Source of the DNA: an uncultured Acidimicrobiia bacterium
GTDB lineage: Bacteria; Actinomycetota; Acidimicrobiia; IMCC26256; CAWATG01
Assembly: GCA_963785035.1 (NCBI GenBank)
Contig: CAWATG010000001.1
Location: 22,744-86,743 of the forward strand
Reading direction: 5' to 3'
Length of the DNA: 64,000 bases
The notes beneath the pieces were generated by a model. It was not told the DNA's origin, searched no databases, and worked only from the letters and a program-made list of their open reading frames with translations. Each line of letters starts with the position of its first letter. Within the stretch, counting starts at the first letter, position 1. The position numbers and the translations under genes were made by a program. Of the stretch, positions 29,210 through 37,498 are shown piece after piece.

Positions 29210-30432
29210 CCTCGGCGGCGCTTTCCATCAACGCGAGCATGTGAGCCGTGCAACCGGCCATCTCGACTGGCGGTAGCAGGTCAGTGACGATCCGGTCCGC
29301 GATGAGACGAAACGCTGCAGACGCCGGGGTATCCGGATGACTGAGCACCGATGGTTTGCCGGTGTCCCCGCCGATCGAGACATCGGGTTCGATTGGAATC
29401 TTTGCGAGGAGCGGCGCTCCGATTTCGCTCGCCAATGCAGCGCCGCCGCCTGAGCCGAAGATCGCGTGGGCTTGACCATCGGGTGCGATGAACTCACTCA
29501 TGTTCTCGACGACACCGAGCACCTTCGCAAACGATCGGCGTGCCATATCGGCAACGCGCACGGCGACTTTCTGTGCTGCGAGCGCTGGTGTGGTCACAAC
29601 GAGCAGTTCGGTGCGTGGAAGCAGCCGAAGCAGTGCCATTTGGATGTCGCCGGTGCCTGGAGGCATGTCCACGAGCAGGTAGTCCATTGGACCCCAACGC
29701 ACGTCGGTGAGGAACTGTTCGAGTGCGCGAGCGAGGATCAGCCCGCGCCACATCAACGCAGTGCTTTCATCGTCGACGAGGAATCCCATCGAGACGACCT
29801 TCACCACGCCGCGGACGCCGGAAGGATCGTTGGTATTGGGTACGTCGATCTCGTGCGGATCGATCAAGCCGTCGTGTCCGCCGAGTCGCCCGTCGACACC
29901 CATCATGCGTGGAATGCTGAAACCCCAGATATCAGCGTCGATCACGCCGACGGTACGGCCTTGAGCGGCAAGCGCGACCGCGAGGTTGGCGGTCACGGAG
30001 GACTTGCCCACCCCGCCCTTGCCGCTGGCAATGGCCAGGACACGCGTGGTCGATGGAATCTCGGTGTCGGGCGCGCGTCCGCCGCGCGTTCCAACGTGCG
30101 CGATTCATGACCTCGCGCTTTTCGTCTGCGTTCATCTCGCCGTATCGAACCTTGACGTCGGTGACCCCTGCGAGACCGTGGACCTTCGACTCGACGTCTT
30201 TGCGGATCTGGACCCGTAGGGGACATCCGGCCGTGGTGAGTGCCACCTCGATCGTGACGAGACCATCGCTTGTGATCTCAATGTCGCGGACCATCCCAAG
30301 ATCCACGATGTTGGCGTGCAACTCGGGATCCATCACGCCTTCGAGCATGCGCCGAACCGCCGCAACGCTTGGACGGGGTCCCTCGGCCTGCAATTGGGAC
30401 TCCGGGTCGTTCGGGTTCACACTGGTATCCAT
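29184..30432 (-). CDS. Mrp/ApbC Fe-S cluster carrier ATPase with N-terminal DUF59 domain, frame-disrupted as assembled
   Basis: The DUF59 part (VMDPELHANIVDLGMVRDIEI...TTAGCPL) is in ORF 29932-30501. The P-loop part (LAIASGKGGVGKSSVTANLAVALA, DMPPGTGD) is in ORF 29184-30011 extended upstream. The join is in the GC run near 30060-30085. Confidence 0.85.
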
Positions 30433-30524
30433 CGGCTGTCCGTTTCGCGTTATGACTGGGATCCGTTGGATAAAACCCGTCTCCCTTGAAAATATGCCCA
30501 CTTGGGGTTACGGTCAAGCCTGCG

Positions 30525-31178
30525 ATGGACCTGCTGACCTTGAAAGCGCTGGCTGATGAGACTCGTTTCGAGCTCTATCGCGAGCTGGGGGCGTCGCCGG
30601 CGCCACGGACAGCCCAAGAGTTGGCGGATCGCCTTGGACTGCATCCGAACACGGTTCGGCTTCATCTCGAGCGCCTCCGCGAAGCGGGTGTCGTCGCCGT
30701 CGAGGCTCGCCACCGCGGAACGGTGGGCCGTCCCCAGCACCGATATGCCCTTGCGCCGGGAGCGCCTGGTCTCGGATTTGATCCGCCTGCCCACGTGCTG
30801 CTGGCGGGATTGTTGGCCAGTCTGGCCGAGACCATCGGCGCGGACCCTGACGACGCCACTGCGATCGGGCGAGCGTGGGGGGCACGGGCAGCACAACGGG
30901 CGCCTATGGGCCCTTGTCTGACAGCTCTGCGTCTCGAGTTGGAGAGGCTTGGTTTCGAGCCTGCAACATCTGGCGATGAGGTGGAGACGGCCCGGATCGA
31001 CTTCCTCCATTGTCCTTTCCGCGAGCTGGCTGAGGCATACCCGAACCTGGTGTGCAACCTGCACCGAGGAATGTGCGAGGGAATGGTCTCGGATGGTCCC
31101 GCGGGAAGAATCGTGTCGTTCGCGGCGTTGTATGACCACGACCCGTGCCACGTCTGCGTGATGGCCGAGGTATCCTGA
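30525..31178 (+). CDS. ArsR-type winged-helix regulator with Cys-rich C-terminal domain (SufR-like?)
   Basis: wHTH ALADETRFELYRELG...TAQELADRLGLHPNTVRLHLERLREAGVV. The C-terminus has Cys in LHCPF, LVCNLHRGMCEG and PCHVC. It lies between mrp and iscA-like genes. Confidence 0.55.
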   Translation: MDLLTLKALADETRFELYRELGASPAPRTAQELADRLGLHPNTVRLHLERLREAGVVAVEARHRGTVGRPQHRYALAPGAPGLGFDPPAHVLLAGLLASLAETIGADPDDATAIGRAWGARAAQRAPMGPCLTALRLELERLGFEPATSGDEVETARIDFLHCPFRELAEAYPNLVCNLHRGMCEGMVSDGPAGRIVSFAALYDHDPCHVCVMAEVS

Positions 31179-31202
31179 AACTGTTACCCCAAGGAGGCCA
31201 CC

Positions 31203-31550
31203 ATGTTTACTGTCACCGACGCGGCATCGATCTTCAGCGTTACTGACGCTGCTGTGGCGAAAGTCGCCGAATTGCTCAAGAGCGAGGACAGCGACGAACT
31301 GGCGCTTCGGGTTGCCGTGAGGCCAGGCGGTTGCTCGGGGTACAGCTACGAGATGTTCTTCGACGCCGACGCTGCGTCCGAGGATCTGACGTACTCCTAC
31401 GGCGACGTCCGGGTCGTGATCGACCCTGCCAGCCAGCAGCTCCTCAAGGGCGCCTCGCTCGACTACAAGGACGGGTTGCAGGGGGCAGGCTTCTCGATCA
31501 ACAACCCCAATGCGTCGCGCAGCTGCGGTTGCGGGCAGTCGTTCTCGTAA
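31203..31550 (+). CDS. HesB/IscA-family iron-sulfur cluster insertion protein
   Basis: 115 aa with LRVAVRPGGCSGYSYEMFFD and the C-terminal SCGCGQSFS. Confidence 0.85.
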   Translation: MFTVTDAASIFSVTDAAVAKVAELLKSEDSDELALRVAVRPGGCSGYSYEMFFDADAASEDLTYSYGDVRVVIDPASQQLLKGASLDYKDGLQGAGFSINNPNASRSCGCGQSFS

Positions 31551-31629
31551 CAGGCCAGGCCGTTTCGCCCTAAACGCGGCAATGTCTGTTTGAACTGGTT
31601 GCCTCAAGTCCTGGTCAGAACCGGTCGAT

Positions 31630-32523
31630 TTGACGGGAATGAGGTGTCCGAGTTGCGACTGCATCGTTGACGATGCAGCTCCGGGGTGCTGGCGGTGCAA
31701 AGCCCAGTGGGGTACCCAGCCGCCGGGGCCGGTCGACGACGGCGCTCAGGAGCCGCACCTCGTCTCGGCGTTGGACAGGGATGCGGACGCGCCGAAAAGT
31801 GGTTCGCGGGTTGCGACCTTGGTGGTCTCCGGGTTGATGGCGCTTGTCTTGGCTATTGGTCTCGTCGTGACCTACAACACATTGATCGTTGATTCGAAGA
31901 GCGACCTCGAGCAAGCGAATGAGGTCGGCGCTCGTCTCAGCGATTTTCGTAACGGCTGGGATCGCCAACTTGACGGGGGCGCGGACATCAGCGCAATCGT
32001 GAGTGGCAACTTCGTCCAGCTCATGAAGCACGCCAGCGGCGACGGCTGTGGGCTGACCGAGGATTACTTGCGCAGCAGCGAAACTTTTGCCATCACGCCG
32101 AAGGTGTCGGCGAAGGTGGTCTTTCAATATGAGGACCGTTCTGCGAGTGCCAGTACCGAGGTTGCCATGTTTCGGACGGCCCTCGAAGCACGGCGGGCCC
32201 ATGCCACCTTTGATGATGAGTGTGTGCAGACTGGACTCGTCGCCGCGGTGAGCGCGGCGCTGCAGAATCAGCTCCCCGGTTCGACCGTCACAGTCGGCGA
32301 GACGGCGCCTCTGGACTTGCCCAGTGTCGCGGTCGTTGGCCGTGAACTCCTGCTGAGTGTTCGCGCAGGAGCAGAGGAGACGGTGTACGACGTCGCGTTT
32401 GCCGTTCTCCAACACGGCCGCACGGCAGAGTTGGTGGTGACGTTGTCGAGTAGCGATGCACTTCCCCGCGATCGTCGCGACGCATTGCTTCGATCACTCG
32501 CCGATCGTCTCGCCGCCGCGTAA
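31630..32523 (+). CDS. hypothetical membrane-anchored protein with N-terminal zinc-ribbon
   Basis: CPSCDC...CWRC at the N-terminus, one TM helix (VATLVVSGLMALVLAIGLVV), and an extracytoplasmic domain with no family I recognise. Confidence 0.4.
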   Translation: MTGMRCPSCDCIVDDAAPGCWRCKAQWGTQPPGPVDDGAQEPHLVSALDRDADAPKSGSRVATLVVSGLMALVLAIGLVVTYNTLIVDSKSDLEQANEVGARLSDFRNGWDRQLDGGADISAIVSGNFVQLMKHASGDGCGLTEDYLRSSETFAITPKVSAKVVFQYEDRSASASTEVAMFRTALEARRAHATFDDECVQTGLVAAVSAALQNQLPGSTVTVGETAPLDLPSVAVVGRELLLSVRAGAEETVYDVAFAVLQHGRTAELVVTLSSSDALPRDRRDALLRSLADRLAAA

Positions 32524-32550
32524 CCGTACCGCCCGGCAATAGCGTTCGGC

Positions 32551-34350
32551 GTGCCGCCGCCTACGCTCGGTCCGGAGGTTTTCGTGGCTGATCCGTTGAA
32601 GTTCTCGTGTAATGGTTCCACCGTCGAGGTCGATGCCGAGCCGGGCGAGTCGTTGCTTTCGGTCCTACGTGAGCGGCTCGGTTTGGTGTCGGTGAAGGAT
32701 GGCTGCGCGCCGCAGGGTCAGTGCGGTTGTTGCACGGTGTTGGTTGACGGCGATGCTCGCGTTTCGTGTGTCACGCCCGCAGCGCGAATGGCAGGGCGAT
32801 CCGTCGACACGCTCGAAGGGCTCGCGGAGGACGATCGCCTTCGATGGGCGCAGGCCTTCGTCGCGACCGGTGGTTCGCAATGCGGGTTTTGCACGCCGGG
32901 AATCATCATGCGCGCCGTGGCCCTGGAGCGAAAAGGAAAGGTGGATCGTCTCTCGGTTGATCGCGCGCTCGCGGCCCATCTCTGCCGTTGCACTGGTTGG
33001 CAACCAATCTGCGAGGCGATCGACTGCGCGACATCGCGTGCCGAGGGTACGGCAGCGTTTGATGGAGACGGCCGAGATTTTGATGCAGCCGCTCGAAGAG
33101 CATGCCTTGAGGGAGGTGCACACCAACGTGTTGCGGTCCAGGTTCCCCAAGGTCTGGCTGACTTCGCCGACGATGTTGCACCGCGCGACGCGCTGATTGC
33201 AGTCCCGTGTCCGGAGGGAACCTCGTTGCCCTACGAGCGTGCGGCGGGAATGAATTGGGTTGTCGCATCAACGCTCGGCGAAGCACGCGCAATCGCGGCA
33301 AAGGTGCAGGGGCGGCGAAGCACGCTCGATGCAGGTTGTCCGATTGCATTGCCCGCCAGCGAAATTGGCGGAGATTCCAGCGCTCATGCGGTGTCGTTGC
33401 GTACGGGCTGGGTAGAGCCGGCGTATCTCGAAGTTGATGCTTCATGGTGCGCGCCGAGTGGTGTTCCGGCCTCAGTGCTCGCGAACGGAGGAGCCTTCGG
33501 CGCAAAAGAGGCGTCGTGCGCGCCGCAAGCCGCTCGCGAACTAGCAGATCGTTTCGGGCGTACCGTACGCGTCGTATACGCGCGCGAAGACACCGTGCGC
33601 CGTGGCGCGAAGCGTGCACCGGTCGCGGCTCGTGCTGTCTATGTCGAGGGGGCGGTGCGCATCGTCGGCAATGTTGGAGCAGGTGCGCTTGATGCCTATA
33701 CGGCGCCAATGGCATGGCCGTACGACGTTGATGTGATTGAGCACTGGGAGCCCGTCGATGTGATCGGACCTCCCGTCACGAGTCGGGTTCGTGCGAGCGG
33801 GATTGCCGAACGCGCAGTGTTGCTCGAAGGTGCGCTCGACGCTGCAGGAATCGACCGTGCCGCTCTGGCGATCGACGATCGCGTTCGTTCGGTGATGCTC
33901 GATTCGTGCGTGTTGCTTCCCGATGGAGCGTGTGCGGGAGCGTCTGTGGAGCTCGACGGGGTCAGTGGCGCACTGAGAGGTGTGCGGGTGCAACTTGCTG
34001 TGGGCGATCCGCTCGATGCGGTTGTGCTTCGTTCGTATGCGATCGGTGCTGTGCATATGGCACTTGGGTGGGTACTGACCGAGGGCATCAGCGTTGACGC
34101 TGCGACGGGTGAGGTTGCCGATCTCACCATTCGTTCGTTCGGCATCTTGCGTGCCAAGGACATGCCACCGATCGACGTTGTCATCCTCGACGACCGTGCA
34201 CACAGCTCGGTTCCTCTGCCCCGGGGTTCGGACGCGGTCTTCGCTGCGGTCGCGGCCGCAACATGGAACGCACTTGCACGGGTCGAAGGATCGCGTCCGT
34301 TGATGTTCCCAGCTCGTGATACGCGAACATCGCGAGCGCTGCGGCGTTGA
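32551..34350 (+). CDS. [2Fe-2S]-binding domain fused to an aldehyde oxidase/xanthine dehydrogenase-like C-terminal region
   Basis: The N-terminal 150 aa carry both CoxS-type clusters (CAPQGQCGCCTVLV...C and QCGFCTPG...CRCTGW). The remaining roughly 440 aa resemble Moco-subunit C-terminal segments only loosely. Confidence 0.55.
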   Translation: MPPPTLGPEVFVADPLKFSCNGSTVEVDAEPGESLLSVLRERLGLVSVKDGCAPQGQCGCCTVLVDGDARVSCVTPAARMAGRSVDTLEGLAEDDRLRWAQAFVATGGSQCGFCTPGIIMRAVALERKGKVDRLSVDRALAAHLCRCTGWQPICEAIDCATSRAEGTAAFDGDGRDFDAAARRACLEGGAHQRVAVQVPQGLADFADDVAPRDALIAVPCPEGTSLPYERAAGMNWVVASTLGEARAIAAKVQGRRSTLDAGCPIALPASEIGGDSSAHAVSLRTGWVEPAYLEVDASWCAPSGVPASVLANGGAFGAKEASCAPQAARELADRFGRTVRVVYAREDTVRRGAKRAPVAARAVYVEGAVRIVGNVGAGALDAYTAPMAWPYDVDVIEHWEPVDVIGPPVTSRVRASGIAERAVLLEGALDAAGIDRAALAIDDRVRSVMLDSCVLLPDGACAGASVELDGVSGALRGVRVQLAVGDPLDAVVLRSYAIGAVHMALGWVLTEGISVDAATGEVADLTIRSFGILRAKDMPPIDVVILDDRAHSSVPLPRGSDAVFAAVAAATWNALARVEGSRPLMFPARDTRTSRALRR

Positions 34351-34383
34351 GGAGTCGCTCCTCCTGACACGAAGGAACGTGCG

Positions 34384-34770
34384 ATGTCTGTCTCTGCAAT
34401 TGTGACGCCGAGTGCACCTGCGTTGGCTGGCCCGTATTCCCCTGCCGTTCGTGCCGGTGATTGGGTTGTGCTCTCGGGTCAGCTTGGGCTCGACCCGGCA
34501 ACCGGGCGTTTGGTCGACGGCCTCGAGGCTCAGGCTCGACAGGTCTTGGCCAATCTTCAGGCCGTGATCGGTGATTGCGGAGCGGAAATCGCCGATGTTG
34601 CCAAGACCATGGTCTTCATGACGGACCTTGCCGGATTTCCTGCGGTCAATGCGGCCTATGCCGAGGCGTTCGGCAGTCACCGACCGGCCCGTTCCACGAT
34701 CCAGGTGGCAGGTTTGCCTATGGGGGCGTTGGTGGAGATCGAGGCCTGGCTGTATTCGCCCATCCGCTGA
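34384..34770 (+). CDS. ridA: RidA/YjgF family reactive-intermediate deaminase
   Basis: 128 aa with GPYSPAVRAGDWVVLSGQLG, KTMVFMTDL and ARSTIQVAGLPMGALVEIEAW. Confidence 0.85.
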   Translation: MSVSAIVTPSAPALAGPYSPAVRAGDWVVLSGQLGLDPATGRLVDGLEAQARQVLANLQAVIGDCGAEIADVAKTMVFMTDLAGFPAVNAAYAEAFGSHRPARSTIQVAGLPMGALVEIEAWLYSPIR

Positions 34771-34821
34771 CCGCGCCCGAAGCCGGCGCTTGCCGGTTAC
34801 GGGCCTTGATAGCCTGAGCGG

Positions 34822-34965
34822 ATGTTCGGAATCATCGCAGTCGTGGCGGTCCTACTGCTATTGGGGCCGGTTGCGGTCATGCTGGGCGGCGCACTTTGGA
34901 GCGCGGCAGCAGGGCAGGGCCTCGCCGACGAGGCCGACGAAACTGCCAAGGGCGCCACGGCCTGA
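34822..34965 (+). CDS. candidate 47-aa small membrane protein (below the ORF-track cutoff)
   Basis: ATG-initiated MFGIIAVVAVLLLLGPVAVMLGGALWSAAAGQGLADEADETAKGATA has one hydrophobic helix and an acidic tail. It lies in an otherwise empty 240-bp convergent gap. The SD is weak. Confidence 0.3.
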   Translation: MFGIIAVVAVLLLLGPVAVMLGGALWSAAAGQGLADEADETAKGATA

Positions 34966-35013
34966 ACGCTTGCCTCACCGGGCTGGCGCCTTTTCGAGGG
35001 ATTTCCTACCGGT

Positions 35014-35715
35014 CTACTTCGTCGAACGGGTCGTGGATGGGTTCCAGCGAGGCTGGCCGAACCGGTAGCCGACCGAGCGGACTGTCTGGATATGGCCGGC
35101 GAATTCCTCTCCGAGCTTGGCCCGTAGCCGTCTGACGTGCACATCCACCGTTCGGGCGCCGCCGTAGTACTCGTATCCCCAGACCCGGGAGAGCAGTTGT
35201 TCTCGGGTGAAGACCTTGCCGGGATGGGTCGCAAGGAACTTCAGCAGCTCATATTCCATATAGGTGAGGTCAAGTGGGCGCCCCAGGAGGGTGGCCTGAT
35301 AGGTCTCCAGGTTCAGGACCAGTTCGTCGTATTCGACGATCTCGGCCCGAGTTCCACGTCCTGTCCGATAGAAGAGGTGCCGCAGCCTCACCTCCAGCTC
35401 ACGCTGGTGGAACGGTGAGAGGCAGAAATCATCGAAGAGGTCTTCACGCAGCTCCAGGTCGGAGAGCTGAGCTCCTGAGACGAGCACCAGGATGGGTTGG
35501 ATCGGTGCGTCGCGGTTTCGCAAGGAGCGGCACAGACCGAACGCGCCTGCGGGATCGTCCTCGGCGCAGACCACAGCACCGGACCATCCTTCGGGGGGCT
35601 CAGCCTGGTTGGCCACCGAGGTGTTCGCGACGGCCCGCCAGGTGTAGCTCGCCAGGTCCAAGGTCTGGACCAAGAGTGCCGGCGCAGGGTCGGGGAAGAC
35701 GAGGAGCGGTTCCAT
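35014..35715 (-). CDS. OmpR/PhoB-type winged-helix regulator with atypical (probably non-phosphorylatable) receiver domain
   Basis: The C-terminal wHTH is LTYMEYELLKFLATHPGKVFTREQLLSRVWGYEYYGGARTVDVHVRRLRAKLG...IQTVRSVGYRF. The N-terminal domain lacks the acidic DD pocket. The ATG directly abuts the glnA stop. Confidence 0.8.
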   Translation of the reverse strand: MEPLLVFPDPAPALLVQTLDLASYTWRAVANTSVANQAEPPEGWSGAVVCAEDDPAGAFGLCRSLRNRDAPIQPILVLVSGAQLSDLELREDLFDDFCLSPFHQRELEVRLRHLFYRTGRGTRAEIVEYDELVLNLETYQATLLGRPLDLTYMEYELLKFLATHPGKVFTREQLLSRVWGYEYYGGARTVDVHVRRLRAKLGEEFAGHIQTVRSVGYRFGQPRWNPSTTRSTK

Positions 35716-37041
35716 CTAGAGCGAACCCAGGTAGCGATCGATCTCGAACGGAGTCACGTACTGCTTGTAGTCGGCCCACTCCTGGCGCTTGTTGCGGATG
35801 AACCACTCGAACACATGTTCTCCGAGGCACTCGGCGACCAGCTCTGACTCGGCCATGACCGCGATGGCATCACCGAGGGACTGCGGCAGGAGTCCAATTC
35901 CTGCCGCGCTGCGCTCCTCGGGAGTCATCTCGTAGATGTTGTTCGTCGCGGCGGGTGGGAGGTCGTACTCGCCTTCGACTCCCGCGAGGCCTGCGGCAAG
36001 CATCACGGCGAACGCGAGATACGGATTGCATGCTGGGTCCGGCGAGCGGAACTCGATTCGCGTCGACAATTCCTTGCCACGCTTCGGGATCGGGACGCGT
36101 ACCAACGCCGACTGATTGTTGCGCGCCCAACACACGTAGACCGGCGCTTCGTAACCGACGATCAAACGTTTGTAGGAGTTCACCCACTGATTGGTGATCG
36201 CGGTGATTTCGGGCGCGTGCCGTAACAGACCAGCGACGAATTGCTTGCCGACGCGCGAGAGCCCGTATTCGTCGGTGGGATCATGGAACGCGTTCGTGTC
36301 TCCTTGGAACAGCGAGAGGTGTGTGTGCATGCCACTACCGAACGCACCTGCAATTGGTTTCGGCATGAACGTCGCATACGCGCCGAGTGAGTGTGCGACT
36401 TCCTTGACGACCATGCGGAAGGTCATGACGTTGTCGGCCATGGTCAGCGCGTCGGTGTAACGCAGATCGATCTCGTGTTGACTCGGACCGTTTTCGTGAA
36501 AGCTGTACTCAACGGAGATGCCGAGCGCCTCGAGTGTCAGGATCGTTTGTTTGCGAAGTTCGCTCACCATGTCCTGGGGCGTGAGGTCGAAGAACCCGGC
36601 GTTGTCGAGCGGCTCAGGTTTGTCGGCGGACTTGAAGTAGAAGTACTCCATCTCGGGACCTGCGTAGAACGTGAACCCCATTGCGCGTGCGCGATCCAGG
36701 TTCCGCTTCAAGACCTGACGCGGGTCGCCCTCGAACGGTTGTCCGGAAAGGTGCTGAATGTCGCAGAACACGCGTGCTGTCTTTGCGTCGTCACCACCCC
36801 ACGGCACGATTTCGAATGTGTTCGCGTCGGGTACTGCGAGCATGTCGGATTCCTGCACGCGGCTGTAGCCCTCGATGGCGGAACCATCGAACGTCATTCC
36901 CTCTTCGAGCGCGATGTCGAGTTCCGCAGGAGTGATCGCAAACGACTTGAGAAATCCGAGAACATCGGTGAACCAGAGGCGCACGAAGCGCACACCGCGT
37001 TCTTCGACGGTCCGTAACACGTAATCGAGTTGTGGTTCCAC
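35716..37041 (-). CDS. glnA: type I glutamine synthetase
   Basis: 441 aa with FVRLWFTDVLG, FDGSAIEG, the ATP-binding region KPIAGAFGSGMHTHLSLF, NSYKRL and RIEFRSPDPACNPYLAF. Confidence 0.9.
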   Translation of the reverse strand: MEPQLDYVLRTVEERGVRFVRLWFTDVLGFLKSFAITPAELDIALEEGMTFDGSAIEGYSRVQESDMLAVPDANTFEIVPWGGDDAKTARVFCDIQHLSGQPFEGDPRQVLKRNLDRARAMGFTFYAGPEMEYFYFKSADKPEPLDNAGFFDLTPQDMVSELRKQTILTLEALGISVEYSFHENGPSQHEIDLRYTDALTMADNVMTFRMVVKEVAHSLGAYATFMPKPIAGAFGSGMHTHLSLFQGDTNAFHDPTDEYGLSRVGKQFVAGLLRHAPEITAITNQWVNSYKRLIVGYEAPVYVCWARNNQSALVRVPIPKRGKELSTRIEFRSPDPACNPYLAFAVMLAAGLAGVEGEYDLPPAATNNIYEMTPEERSAAGIGLLPQSLGDAIAVMAESELVAECLGEHVFEWFIRNKRQEWADYKQYVTPFEIDRYLGSL

Positions 37042-37498
37042 AGTTCATGCCTCGCTCGCCTGGACCACGTGCATCCCGTCGGTGGTCATCTCGTGCACGT
37101 CGGTGTGGTCTCGATTGTGCCAGGCGCCAGAATCGGGCGATAACCAATTCGTCGTATCGCGGCGCTGGTGGGGGCCTCTGGGAGAGCACGGGAGGTCTTC
37201 GTCGAGATGTGCCGGTGTCGGAATTTGGTGGCGCTTGGGGTGAAGAGAGACTGGCGCAAGTGTCTTGTGGCGCGTAGTGTGCCCGGGGCCTCACTTGTGG
37301 GGACGCTCGTTTCGGCCTTTCGGGGCAACGCCTTGAGGGGTTTTTCGAAGAACGCACTAGGCAAGAATCGCTCAAAAGGGTACACTTCGCTCCAGACGGT
37401 CTCACGAACCCTCGTGGGCTGTAGGTCAACAAGGCGGTCCGGGGCACTCTCGGTTGCCGAGGACGACGTAGAAGCGTCGGTCATTGGTGGAGGGGTTA

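Noticed and set aside
30450-31700. 416-aa minus-strand ORF
   Set aside because: It is antisense to the ArsR-type regulator and iscA-like genes, which have clear family motifs.
33541-34680. 379-aa minus-strand ORF, plus the 33696-34370 and 32906-33715 minus ORFs
   Set aside because: They are antisense to the [2Fe-2S]/XDH-like gene and ridA. Their composition is low-complexity and Arg/Ser/Thr-rich.
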